Of a DNA stretch of 64,000 bases, positions 50,940 through 64,000 are shown one piece after another. Origin of the DNA: Eledone cirrhosa (taxonomy: Eukaryota); contig OZ024762.1 of assembly GCA_964016885.1 (NCBI GenBank), positions 11,842,001 through 11,906,000 of the forward strand, in the 5' to 3' direction. Position numbers and translations under genes: made by a program. Under the pieces are notes generated by a model. The model was not told the DNA's origin and searched no databases. It was given only the letters and a program-made list of their open reading frames with translations. Every line of letters starts with the position of its first letter. The stretch's first letter is position 1.

Positions 50940-52420
50940 ACTGAAGGTGACATACAAGGGGAAGGAGCCTGGGACCTAATGACACATGCTCAAGGTGACA
51001 TACAAGGGGAAGGAGCCTGGGACCTAATGACACATGCTCAAGGTGACATACAAGGGGATGGAGCCCGGGACCTAGTGACACTTGCTCAAGGTGACATACA
51101 AGGGGATGGAGCCCAGGACCAAGTGACACTTGCTCAAGGTGACAATACAAGGGGATGGAGCCCAGGACCAAGTGACACTTGCTCAAGGTGACATACAAGG
51201 GGATGGAGCCCGGGACCTAGTGACACTTGCTCAAGGTGACATACAAGGGGATAGAGCCTGGGACCTTGTGACACTTGCTCAAGGTGACATACAAGGGGAT
51301 GGAGCCCGGGACCTTGTGACACTTGCTCAAGGTGACATACAAGGGGATGGAGCCCAGGACCAAGTGACACTTGCTCAAGGTGACATACAAGGGGATGGAG
51401 CCCGGGACCTAGTGACACTTGCTCAAGGTGACATACAAGGGGATAGAGCCTGGGACCTTGTGACACTTGCTCAAGGTGACATACAAGGGGATGGAGCCCG
51501 GGACCTTGTGACACTTGCTCAAGGTGACATACAAGGGGATGGAGCCCGGGACCTTGTGACACTTGCTCAAGGTGACATACAAGGGGATGGAGCCTGGGAC
51601 CTTGTGACACTTGCTCAAGGTGACATACAAGGGGATAGAGCCTGGGACCTTGTGACACTTGCTCAAGGTGACATACAAGGGGATGGAGCCCAGGACCTAG
51701 TGACACTTGCTCAAGGTGACATACAAGGGGATGGAGCCCGGGACCTTGTGACACTTGCTCAAGGTGACATACAAGGGGATGGAGCCCAGGACCAAGTAAA
51801 ACTTGCTCAAGGTGACATACAAGGGGATGGAGCCTGGGACCTAATGACACATGCTCAAGGTGACATACAAGGGGATGGAGCCCAGGACCAAGTGACACTT
51901 GCTCAAGGTGACATACAAGGGGATGGAGCCCAGGACCAAGTGACACTTGCTCAAGGTGACATACAAGGGGATGGAGCCCGGGACCTTGTGACACTTGCTC
52001 AAGGTGACATACAAGGGGATGGAGCCCAGGACCAAGTAAAACTTGCTCAAGGTGACATACAAGGGGATGGAGCCTGGGACCTAATGACACATGCTCAAGG
52101 TGACATACAAGGGGATGGAGCCCAGGACCAAGTGACACTTGCTCAAGGTGACATACAAGGGGATGGAGCCCGGGACCTTGTGACACTTGCTCAAGGTGAC
52201 ATACAAGGGGATGGAGCCCAGGACCAAGTGACACTTGCTCAAGGTGACATACAAGGGGATGGAGCCCGGGACCTTGTGACACTTGCTCAAGGTGACATAC
52301 AAGGGGATGGAGCCCAGGACCTAGTGACACTTGCTCAAGGTGACATACAAGGGGATGGAGCCTGGGACCTTGTGACACTTGCTCAAGGTGACATACAAGG
52401 GGATGGAGCCTGGGACCTAA
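50940..52420 (-). repeat. 48-bp minisatellite (~31 copies) expanded inside a tRNA-derived SINE
   Basis: Unit GCTCAAGGTGACATACAAGGGGATGGAGCCCGGGACCTWGTGACACTT; SINE-like head at 52420-52457 and SINE-like body at 50810-50940 on the minus strand. Confidence 0.9.
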
Positions 52421-52878
52421 TGATTACAAAGCCGACCTTAAGCATTCAGCCACGCTACATCCAGACAGACACACACACACACACACATGTAGACAGAAAC
52501 AAACAGAGACACACACCCACACAGACAGACAGAGACAAACGCACACAGATCTACATACAGACAGACACACACATAGACACAAACACGCACATACGTAGAC
52601 AGACACACACGTAGACACACAGACACCGACATCGGTAGAAACAGACACATGTAGACAGACACACAGACATTTGACATTCTTCCATATTGTCAAGCAGTCG
52701 ATAAATAATGAAATAATACTAATAATAAATCTACAAGAAGCTACTGAGATCGATAATACCAGCACAAGCAAGATATCGATTACACCAACCAACCAACCAG
52801 CCAACCTTCACACTTCACTTTTATTACAAATAAACAACACAAACCTCCCCACACAAAAGTACCCCTTACCCCACACAG

Positions 52879-52909
<31 letters not shown>

Positions 52910-53082
52910 TCTACACCGCCTACACACATACATACGCACACCCAGACACACACACACAAGAGGCGTCGTTAAGAAATGCAAGAAATAACGACTAATTCAT
53001 TATTAAATCACCCTCTACCAGTGTTAACAAGATAAGAAATTAAACAGTTCTAGTCCTGTAGGAGCTTTTTCTATATAAACCC

Positions 53083-53144
<62 letters not shown>

Positions 53145-53208
53145 GAAGATGATGATGAATTGAATAGGTAAAATAACCCAACTTTGTTTTTATTTTCATT
53201 GTTAATTT

Positions 53209-53239
<31 letters not shown>

Positions 53240-53240
53240 C

Positions 53241-53321
<81 letters not shown>

Positions 53322-54012
53322 GAGAGAGAGAGAGAGAGAGGGGGGAAGAGAGAGTGGTATAGTAGGGGTGTGTGTTTGCAGTTTAATGTCCGCCTCCTCC
53401 CCCACCTGGTTTTGTTTCCTCATAACCTTTTTAATAATTGTTTCTACTTTTGGCACAAGGCCAGCAATTACCCAGTACATTACTGGTACTTTATTTTATC
53501 AACCCCGTACGACAGCCAGGTCAGAAGACCAGGTTTTGTTCACACAGAACTGATTTTGGCTTGGTTTCTACAGCTGGATGCCCTTCCTAACACCATATAT
53601 ATATATATGAACTTCTATAGAACAACTTACTCATTAAACTATCATCTAAGTGGCTGTGCATTCCAAAGGCACATGTACCCATAACATAATTCTCAGGGAG
53701 ATTCAGCATGACACAGTGTGTTACATGGCTGGTACAGTCCTCTGTAGAATTACCAAACTGTTTTCAATGACCAGATTTTACCGACAATGTTTAGGTGAAC
53801 CAGGAGCTAGGATAAATGACACTTGTCATGTAACATGATCAAACCCAGAAAGCTCATCCTTACCAAGCAAACGTCTCCCTTATTCAGTCATGCTGCATCC
53901 CTACACATCTTCCTGAGTCATCCGATACCTTGAGGCGGTGGTGAATTGTTGACCAAGTTTGAGCTCCAGAGTCTACAGCCAAGCATTACCACATGCAGAT
54001 CTGTTCCTTTAT

Positions 54013-54356
54013 CCCTTTAACATTCAAACCAGCTGTATCCAACCAGAACTCACTCACCTCTTTCTGTTCAAACTGGCCAATCATACCTACATTAAGGTAT
54101 TGTTCTCAAAATAAATAATATCAAAATCTTGTAGATTTGTTATTATGTGAGATAAAGCCCTTACTGTGAAAATACAATAGTATATATAGAGTAATGTAAA
54201 TGTTATGTGAGATATTATGTGAGGTAAAGCCCTTACTGTGAAAATACAATAGTATATATAGAGTAATGTAAATGTTATGTGAGATATTATGTGAGGTAAA
54301 GCCTTTACTGTGAAAATACAATAGTATATATATAGAGTAATATCAATGCTAAAGGG
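54013..54356. mobile_element. piggyBac-like MITE (family A)
   Basis: CCCTTTAACATT...AATGCTAAAGGG-TTAA, with internal tandem units; further copies at 55381-55577 and 56481-56642. Confidence 0.8.
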
Positions 54357-54361
54357 TTAAG

Positions 54362-54870
54362 GCCCATATCCATCTCGATGACTGATTTCAAGGTGATATA
54401 CGGCCGCTCAACTCATCTCTTTGTGTCCAGAGTCCAAAGATGCAATCTTCTAGCGAGTTCATCATGGTGAGTGACATGACCAGCAAGAGCTAAACAACAA
54501 CACTTCACAACATCAGAGATGCAGGGCAGGGAACCATACAAAGATCAGTTTGATGATTGATTTCAAGGTGATATATATATATAGGCTGGCCAACTGATCT
54601 CTCTGTATCTGGAGTCCAGAGAAGCAATCTTCCAGGAGGTCCATCGCGACAAGTGATATGGCTGGCAAGAGCTACAAGATGACACTTCATAAAATCAAAG
54701 ATGTGAAGCAAGGAGCCATACAGAGACTTGTTTGTTGGGCAATGTATTCAGAGGATGTCACATAGCATTCTGGTGCATATACCGTCGAGTCTCTTGCAGC
54801 GAACAGTATTCAACGTTTGTGACTCCGAACAATACAGAAGGAACGTTTCTATACATATATCAGGAGCAAA
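54362..54870 (-). pseudogene. degenerate RTE-like LINE C-terminal fragment (second family; last part duplicated)
   Basis: IETFLLYCSESQTL...KRLDGICTRML...TNKSLYGSL and ALASH...GRLLLWTP...RSVGQP. Confidence 0.7.
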
Positions 54871-54879
54871 ATTAAAATA

Positions 54880-55047
54880 CAGTATTTCCCAGCATCAAAG
54901 ATGCTACTTTTTTCCTAAAATAAGTCTCAAAAATCTACCATGCATCCTGGAGGTCGAAGGTTGTTTATTATTTGTTTTCAAATTTTTGGTTGTCAAAACT
55001 AGGGTGCGTCCCTGAGGACGAGGCATCTTCAGCACCGGGAAATACGG
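54880..55047. mobile_element. Tc1/mariner-like MITE
   Basis: TA-CAGTATTTCCCAG ... CCGGGAAATACGG-TA. Confidence 0.7.
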
Positions 55048-55169
55048 TATATATGAAGTTACATGGTGGTGAATTGGTAGAGCTGTTAGTATGTTGGATA
55101 AAATACTTCGTAGTATTCATTCCAGATCTTTCCTCTGCACAGGCAAAATAAATTCCTGCCAAAGCTCAG

Positions 55170-55320
55170 AAAGAAGGCACACCAGAAGTAGTTGATAGCT
55201 TCTGTTACTTTGGTGATGTAATCAGTAGTAGAGGTGGGTGTACATAAAGCATATTAACTACAACAAGAACAGGGAAATGTTACCTCTGTTGGCAACAAAA
55301 GGCTTTTCTCTCAAAGTAGG
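55170..55320 (+). pseudogene. degenerate RTE fragment
   Basis: EVVDSFCYFGDVISSRGGC...LPLLATKGFSLK; another piece at ~55925-56030. Confidence 0.75.
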
Positions 55321-55599
55321 AATTGTTCTCAGTTTCATGAGCTTTCTTCTTAGTTGCTTCATCTTCATCAGTTTAATTAATCCTTCAACATTTAAACTGG
55401 CCATATCCAGCCATAATTCTCTCAACACTTTCTGTTCAAACCAGCTGTAACCAGCTACTTATACTTATGTTGAAATTGTTCACAAAATTAATAATATCAA
55501 AATTTCATAGATTCGATATTATGTGAGATAAAGCCTTTTCCGTGAAAATACAATAGAGTAATGTAAATATTAAAAGGTTGAATACAGGACCAGATTGGT

Positions 55600-55876
55600 G
55601 GCAGGTCTCATCCATTTATAGCTGAAGTTCCTAAATACAATTGCAAATTCAATTCTCATGGTTTCTTCCCTCACACATCTCGCCTAAGGAATTCTCTTCT
55701 GACTTCCTGCTTTCCTGGCCCAATACAATTTGCAAAAATACAAAAGCAACATCATTTGTCACCCTTCAATTATGTTCTCTCTGTCTTGTCCCTTTTCCCT
55801 GTCTTGGTAACCCCTTGTATTTTAGTGGCTTTATTGCCTTGCTTGGGCTGAGCAACAACACAAAAAAAAAGAAAAA
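55600..55876 (+). mobile_element. CR1/L2/Jockey-type LINE 3' end remnant
   Basis: GFFPHTSRLRNSL resembles the SFFPRT..LWNSLP terminus; followed by a short UTR and an A-rich tail. Confidence 0.5.
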
Positions 55877-56117
55877 GATTATACAATGTTTGTGTATGAA
55901 CTGTGATGCTGAAAGGTAGCGAGATATGGGACCTAAATGAAAAAAAATCTGTGACAGAAGGAAAGAAATGAGGCGAACATACTCAGCTGGATGTGTAATG
56001 TTAGTGTGCATGAAAGACAGAACACAGATGAGATGTTATGTTGTTATAGCTCACACTTATGCAGGTTTAGCTGGCCTCCCCCAAGGTATATCTCATTGGA
56101 GGTGTCTTGGGTAATTT

Positions 56118-56480
56118 AATGATAGGGACCCCTGTCCTATCATCTCATTTCTACAGCTGAGTAAACTGGAGCAACGTGAAATAAAGTGGTGGTCACCTAA
56201 TCTGCCTGGTCCCATAACATAAAAACCTGTCTAACCCATGTAACCATGGAAAAAAATAGACATTAAACTATGATTTTATATATATGTATACATATGGAGG
56301 GACTGGAGTCCATATCATTCCACTGCAAAGTGGTCGTGGAGGTGCCACAGAAAAAAAGCATCCAGCACTCACTGTAAATGAGGTTGGTGTCAGGAAGGGC
56401 ATCCAGCTGTAGAAATCAAGCCAGAATCAGTTCTCGTCCCACCCTTGCAAGCAGGGAAAAGCGGACGTAAAATGATGATG
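56118..56480. mobile_element. SINE family A fragments (56118-56190 on -, 56295-56480 on +)
   Basis: Match to 31190-31412. Confidence 0.8.
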
Positions 56481-56970
56481 AAACTGGCTGTAACCAGTCG
56501 GTCAAACTGATGTTAAGGTATTGTCCTCAAAATAAATACTTTCAAAATCTCAGATTCGATATCATGCGAGATAATTATGTGAGGCAAAGCCTTTACCATG
56601 AAAATATAATAGTATATGTAGAGTAATGTAAATGCTAAAGGGTTATGGGTAAAGACCCCTGTCAGTCACCTAGAAAGTTCTCCTCTAAAGCAAGGTTTGT
56701 TTGTGGAGGGCCAGCAGTCACCCATACATACCAGTCTCCCCTCTCCGTGCCACTGGTGTTGTCCAAGAGAAAAGCTGACGCTGATAGAACTTGACACCAG
56801 TGACGTCGCAACTCCTTTCTACAACTAAGTGAACTCTGGAGCAACATGAAATAAAGTATCTTGCTCAAGGATACAACACAGCCCGGTCTGGGAATTGAAG
56901 AGATTACTTCTCAATTGTAAGCCCTATGTGTGTGTGTGTGTGTATACATAGATACATACACACGTGTGTT

Positions 56971-57003
<33 letters not shown>

Positions 57004-57215
57004 CATCATCATCGTTTAACGTCCATCTTTCACACTAGCATGGGTTAGACGGGAATTGTCCCACTTGAGCCAAGATTGATCGGGTGACTGCGTCTCGCTC
57101 GTATAGAACTATCTGGCAGGTTTTCTACGGCTGAATATGGATATGGATATATATATATATATATAATATATATATATATATCTATGTATATATATATATA
57201 TATATAAACAATTAT

Positions 57216-57249
<34 letters not shown>

Positions 57250-57251
<2 letters not shown>

Positions 57252-57375
57252 TTGTTTCTACTTTTGGCACAAGGCCAGCAATTACCCAGTACATTACTGG
57301 TACTTTATTTTATCGACCCCGTAAGGATGAAAGGCAAAGTTAACCTCGCCGGGATTTGAACTCAGGTCATAAAGA
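57250..57375 (-). mobile_element. SINE family B
   Basis: Reverse complement of 21473-21597. Confidence 0.85.
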
Positions 57376-57740
57376 ATATTAATAAATGGAAGCTATCTTT
57401 ATAAAACCATATTTATTAAATAACTCATTGCTGATATATATATACATACACACACACACATGCTGGCGTAAACCATGAGGATATAAATATATAGCTATGA
57501 GACAAAAGGTCTTACCATGTTTATATAAAAAGGACACTGGACTCAACAGCACACCAACGAAGAAACTTAGTCAAACTGTCGTCTATTGTAATATAAAATA
57601 TATTTCACTCCATACCTAGTATTGAGTTCTATATTAGAAGATTAGTTTAGCAATGTATTGTACCAGTTCTTATCGAGTCGAATTATACCAGTATATGATA
57701 CACAACTAAAACACTACATGTATATATAAACCTACAAACG

Positions 57741-57800
<60 letters not shown>

Positions 57801-57903
57801 AATCTATAAATATACACACAACCATTTAACGTTAAATGATGACAATGATGTATGCATGTGTGTGTGTACACACACATATATACACACACACACATCTATC
57901 CAC

Positions 57904-57940
<37 letters not shown>

Positions 57941-58075
57941 CATACATGCACACAGATACATATATACACACATACAAAAATATAAACTTGTATGTATGTA
58001 TGTGTGTATATCTAGATGTCGAAACGGCCGGAGCTCAGCCGTCGGGGTCCTGACTCTTTTCCTATATATATATAT

Positions 58076-58166
58076 AAATAGCTTCTACAGGACTAGAACG
58101 GTTTCGTTCAAAAGAAATCATAGATTTCTCTTGAATGAAACAGTTCTAGTCCCGTAGGAGCCATTT
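58076..58166. repeat. imperfect palindrome, same family as 9876-10008
   Basis: ~44-bp arms around the loop ATA; GAATGAAACAGTTCTAGTCC shared with the 9876 copy. Confidence 0.85.
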
Positions 58167-58486
58167 CTATATTAAACTTGGTGTTTACACTATACAAATG
58201 TATTGAGTACCTTACTGCGTGTGTGACTTATTCAGTAAAAATCCCTAATCGAACAGTGCTATGGTTCAAAGACATTCCAGTCCAACCCAACCAACACCAT
58301 CCACCATACCACAGTATTTTTCCAGACCTAAGCGGCCACTGGACTCCATATCAGACAATCTCACATACCATTCCTTAGTCTTTAAGGATGTGATTCGAGG
58401 GAGGCATAGCTGCTGCTTCTAGTAGGTCGAGCGACCACTTACAGGCGCCCTTGTGTCGGATCGACTTTTTATGTGTGTGTACATAC

Positions 58487-58539
<53 letters not shown>

Positions 58540-58544
58540 CACAC

Positions 58545-58584
<40 letters not shown>

Positions 58585-58674
58585 CATACATACACACAAT
58601 ATATATATATACATATACACTCACACACGTTTATATTTCTGTATATGTGTATCTATGCATGTGCACATACATAG

Positions 58675-58747
<73 letters not shown>

Positions 58748-58927
58748 TTCACGTTTATATTTCAAGCGTTAAACTAATATATTTCTTCCATATACTGTGC
58801 TGTTTGTTTTGTTATTACTTTTACATACATAGATATATATATATAGAAGTTCTATTTAAATTGTTGGGATACAACAAGCAAATATTTTTATAACTGATAT
58901 AAAGCACTCAACAAATTATTGGAGTAA

Positions 58928-59001
<74 letters not shown>

Positions 59002-59026
59002 AAGTGTGTATATACACGCTTATATT

Positions 59027-59058
<32 letters not shown>

Positions 59059-59105
59059 CACGTTTATATTTGTGTGTGTGTGTGTGTGTGTGTGTGTATA
59101 AGCAA

Positions 59106-59173
<68 letters not shown>

Positions 59174-59489
59174 GAGTCCTGCAATCTGTAGTTGAAGATC
59201 AAAGTAGATTCTATATTCTCCAAGACTTCTATAAAGACACTCGAGACAAACGCGAGTGTCTTGCATATCATTACACAACACGTTATATGCACACACATAT
59301 ATATATATATATGTATGTATATATGTATGTATATATATATGTATATATATATATATATATATACATAGATAGATATAGATATACGTATAATACATATATA
59401 CATATAATACATATATATATGTAGGGAGATATACACATATATATAGATACACATACATATACATCACTATATATATATACATACACACA

Positions 59490-59533
59490 TATCAGTACCT
59501 ATATATATATATACATACACACACACATCAGTA

Positions 59534-59569
<36 letters not shown>

Positions 59570-60001
59570 CACATCAGTACCTATATATATATATATATAT
59601 ATATATACATACACACACACATCAGTACCTATATATATACATACACACACACATCAGTACCTATATATACACACACACACACACATCAGTACCTATATAT
59701 ATATACATACACGCACACATCAGTACCTATATATATATATACATACACACACACATCAGTACCTATATATATATATATATACATACACACACACATCAGT
59801 ACCTATATATATATATATACACACACATCAGTACCTATATATATATACATACACACACACACATCAGTACCTATATATATACATACACACACACATCAGT
59901 ACCTATATACATACACACACACATCAGTACCTATATATATATATATATACATACACATACATCAGTACCTATATATATATATACACACACACATCAGTAC
60001 C

Positions 60002-60035
<34 letters not shown>

Positions 60036-60181
60036 TCAGTATCTATATATATATATATACACACACACACACATCAGTACCTATATATATATATATATAC
60101 ATACACACACATCAGTACCTATATATACATACATACATACACATCAGTACCTATATATACATACATACATACACATCAGTA

Positions 60182-60219
<38 letters not shown>

Positions 60220-60261
60220 CATCAGTACCTATATATACAGACATACATACACATCAGTACC

Positions 60262-60292
<31 letters not shown>

Positions 60293-60298
60293 CAGTAC

Positions 60299-60331
<33 letters not shown>

Positions 60332-60346
60332 CACACACATCAGTAC
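59490..60346. repeat. CATCAGTACC core repeated with variable (TA)n(CA)n spacers
   Basis: More than 20 cores, ~30-50-bp period. Confidence 0.95.
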
Positions 60347-60373
60347 CAATGGCGGCGGGCACGACATCAAATC
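60347..60373 (-). other. putative 27-nt microexon
   Basis: gtgtgtgtttag|GATTTGATGTCGTGCCCGCCGCCATTG|gtactg; a GC/CpG-rich island of unique sequence between microsatellites, length a multiple of 3. Confidence 0.45.
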
Positions 60374-60729
60374 CTAAACACACACACAACACACAAGTCA
60401 CAGACACACATATACACACAATACAGTCAGAGACACACATATACACATAACAGACAGACACACACACACACACACACAACAGTCACAGACACACACAATC
60501 AAACACACACACACATCCTGTCTGTCTGTCTGTCTAGTGTTTTTTGGTGCAGTATTAAAATTAAATCTAGAGACAGAATATACGTGAATTATTACGAAAC
60601 CATTATTATTTACTATTATAATAATTATTATTAATATATGTTAAGTTATATTAAGTTATTGGTTAAAATGTTGTTACTTTTGGTTGTGAAGAGAAGTTTT
60701 GTGTTTTTTGTTAGTTTCTCAAAACAGAC

Positions 60730-60879
60730 AGGTAGATAGATAGCTAGAGAGAGGGTAGATAGATAGAGAGAGGGCAGATAGATAGGTAGATAGATAGAGA
60801 GAGGATAGATAGTTACGTACATAGACAGAGAGGGGTAGTTAGGTAGGTAGATAGACAGAGAGAGAGACAGGGTGTAGGT

Positions 60880-60914
<35 letters not shown>

Positions 60915-61410
60915 TATGTAGGAAGGTAAATAGTTTGATCGGCAGACAAAGGAGTAGATATATAGATAGATAGATATGTAGGTGGGTAAATAGTTTGATA
61001 GATGGGTAGATCGGCAAACAGACAAAGGGGTAGATAGATAGATATGTAGGTGGGTAAATAGTTTGATAGATGGGTAGATAGATAGGTAGATAGACAGACA
61101 TGGGGGTAGATAGATAGAGAGAGAGACAGAGGGGTATATAGATAGAGAGATAGATAAGTAGGTGGGTAAATAGTTTGATAGATGGGTAGATCGGCAAACA
61201 GACAAAGGGGTAGATAGATAGATATGTAGGTGGGTAAATAGTTTGATAGATGGGTAGATAGATAGGTAGATAGACAGACAGGGGGGGGGGGTAGATAGAT
61301 AGAGAGAGAGACAGAGGGGTATATAGATAGAAGTATAGATAAGTAGGTGGGTAAATAGTTTGATAGATGGGTAGATCGGCAGACAGACAAAGGGGTAGAT
61401 AGATAGATTT
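60730..61410. repeat. (GATA)n-derived repeat with a ~180-bp higher-order unit
   Basis: GTAGGTGGGTAAATAGTTTGATAGATGGGTAGAT at ~60978, 61046, 61158, 61225, 61343. Confidence 0.85.
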
Positions 61411-61994
61411 CTTTATTTGCCACAAGGGCGTACAAAAAAATGGGACATTACAAGACGTGACGTAGGGGGTTTTACATAAAAATTGTGTAAACTAACATTA
61501 TATATATATAGAGATAGATAGATAGATAGAGAGAGAGAGATGGATGGATGGATAGATAGATATATTGATGGGGAGACAGGTAGATAAATAGATGGGTAGA
61601 CAGGTAGATAGACAGATAGATAGATGGAGAGATAGACAAATAGATAGATGGAGAGATAGAGAGATAGATAGCCTGATGGGTAGATAGATAGACAGTCAAC
61701 TAACTTCATGAAAAACACAAACAGCAACACGCGTGCACACATACACACATATATATATATACACAGTATGTGTGTGTGTGTGTCAGATCAGACATACGTA
61801 CACGTGTGAGTATACATATAGTGTTTAACATATAGATACAGACAACAAGGCAGTGATATACACAGACAAACACACATACAGAGCTTCTCGAAATATACAT
61901 AAAAAGATTACATCCGATCATCAAATAAAATTCAAACACATATATATATATACATACATGTGTGTGTACATATACATATATATATATATACACG

Positions 61995-62028
<34 letters not shown>

Positions 62029-62030
62029 TG

Positions 62031-62069
<39 letters not shown>

Positions 62070-62399
62070 ATATAGATGCAAAGACGCGGATATTTTTACG
62101 GAAGATATATAAATAGGTTCATTATACATAAAATATATACATTATACTTATAAAGAAATATATATATATATAGTTATATAAACAGATCATATATATTTTT
62201 ATATTATATATACACAGATATACATGTAGTTATATAAACAGATTATATATATATTATATATTTATATATAATGTATACAGATATACATACATGTATAGTT
62301 ATATATATATTATATATACACAATATATATATATAGATAGATAGATTTATAAACAGATTATACATATAAATATATAAAGATACACACGTATACATACAT

Positions 62400-62452
<53 letters not shown>

Positions 62453-62591
62453 CACACACACACAGGCATCATGTGTAGATGTGTGTGAATAAGCATGATA
62501 GAGGAGCTAGACGACCAAAAATGTCTAGCGCCTCTTTTAAGAAAGATATATACACACATATATATATGTATATATATATATAATAACTTAC

Positions 62592-62597
62592 CATTTT
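62592..62597 (-). other. putative 6-nt microexon AAAATG
   Basis: tcttttccacag|AAAATG|gtaagt; consensus acceptor and consensus donor 6 nt apart. Confidence 0.5.
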
Positions 62598-63184
62598 CTG
62601 TGGAAAAGATATATATATGTATATATTTGGAAACTTCGCAAGTCAAATGCGCAGTTTGATAATCAATGAATTATGCATGTAGTTCCCGTTACATTAAATA
62701 ATAGACGAATGAAGTAAAACCAGTGAGTGTATATATGTGTGTATACGAGTGTGTATATAATGCATACATGTATATATATTTATTGTCTATACTGTATACG
62801 GAAATATATAGATAGATCTATGTGTATATGTGTGTGTATGTATGAAGATGGTTTCAGGGGAGATAATTTGCGTTGGGAAACACGAGAGGAGAAGGAAGAG
62901 AGAGGCTGAGTGAGTAGTAGCTAGGTCAGCCATTAATAAAGATGATGATGGGGGCGGTGATGGTGGTGGTGATGGTGTATTAATGGTGATGGTGGCGATG
63001 GTGAGGGAATGATGATGTGGTGGAGGGGATGGCGTTGTTGGTGGTAAAGGGGATGATGATGGTGGTGGTGGTAGCGTTGTTGTTTGTAGTGGTGGTGTTT
63101 TAATAGTGATAGTGATAGTGGTGGTGTTGGTGGGAATAATGATGATTATGATGGTGTTGGTGGTAGCGTTGCTGTTCGTGATGA

Positions 63185-63216
<32 letters not shown>

Positions 63217-63889
63217 ATGATGATTGTATTGTTGGTAGTGATGGTGGTGGTGGTAATGTTACTGATGATGTTGATAATGATGATGGCAATGCTGCTAAGG
63301 GAGACAGTGAGAGGGAGAGAGTGAGTAAGAGACAAAAAGAGTGTGAGGTTTATAGAGAGAGTGAGTGGTAGGTAGTATAATATAATAAGGATGGAGTAGG
63401 GGGAGAAAAGGGATGAGGGAGCAACAGACTACAAAGAGAGAGGAAGAGAGGGGAAGGTTATTTAAACAGTAGCAAGATGTGAACAAAGGGAGTAGGTAGA
63501 GTAAATAGAACAAAGAGGAGGTTTTAAGGATAAAATGAAGGGGAGTAGGAGGAGGAGGAAAGGGAACGTTAAGAAAAGGCTTTAAGGAACTGATGAAGGG
63601 GAGGAGGAAGAGGGAAGGTAAAGAGAAAGGTTTTAAGAATAATAAGAATAAAAGGGGAAGAGGAGGAGTTGGAGGAGCAGACGAAGGAAGAGGAAGGGGA
63701 AGGAAAGAAAGATAAAGGAAAAAGGTTTTAAGGACATAATGAAGGGGAGGAAGAGGAGAAGGGAGAAGAAGGAAAGAGAGGATAAAGAAAAAGGTTTTAA
63801 GGACATGAGGAAGAAGGGGAGGTAGAATATAGCGGAAAAAAAGAAAAGAAAGAAAGAAAACTAGGCAAAGAAGAGAATGGAAGGGAAAG

Positions 63890-63970
63890 TTTGCGTGTTA
63901 CGTCACCGGAATATGTGATGACGTTTCGGTAAGAACTTCGGTAGCCACGAAAGGATTAGAGTTCGTTGTT
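63890..63970. promoter_or_regulatory. CpG-rich promoter-like segment
   Basis: 8 CpGs in ~75 bp; TTACGTCA (63898-63905, CRE-like), CCGGAA (63906-63911, ETS-like), TGACGT (63919-63924). Confidence 0.35.
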
Positions 63971-64000
63971 GCAAGATTTGACACTTGAGATATATATGTG

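Noticed and set aside
51130-52614. 494-aa AQGDIQGDGA repeat ORF and its antisense ORF; also the GEGQT ORF at 49895-50293
   Set aside because: Minisatellites whose period is a multiple of 3; the 48-bp unit is SINE-derived.
59490-60346. CRISPR-like constant core with variable spacers
   Set aside because: The core is only 10 bp, the spacers are (TA)n(CA)n length variants, the context is eukaryotic and there are no cas genes.

Overview
Eukaryotic, AT-rich, repeat-saturated DNA, either intergenic or one very large intron. The SINE, MITE and RTE families and the very high microsatellite load resemble a coleoid cephalopod (Octopus-like) genome; this is inferred from recall and was not checked by a search. 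No intact host gene is evident, and almost all listed ORFs are microsatellite or minisatellite artefacts. Real coding remnants are RTE-clade LINEs (best copy 46626-49520, minus strand, 5'-truncated, with APE end, RT and a PHD-like insert) and a frameshifted Helitron Pif1-helicase fragment. Also present are tRNA-derived SINEs, piggyBac-like (TTAA), hAT-like (8-bp TSD) and Tc1/mariner-like (TA) MITEs, and several minisatellites built from pieces of these elements. The most notable signal lies outside the ORF track: at least 5 well-formed and several decayed minimal type I hammerhead ribozymes in short ORF-less elements that sit in (TA)n tracts. Related hammerhead half-motifs recur inside long palindromes or inverted repeats, consistent with non-autonomous Penelope-like or retrozyme-like elements. 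Three small minus-strand exon candidates (6, 27 and 37 nt) with a CpG-rich promoter-like segment at the window end may belong to a host gene with a ~58-kb intron.
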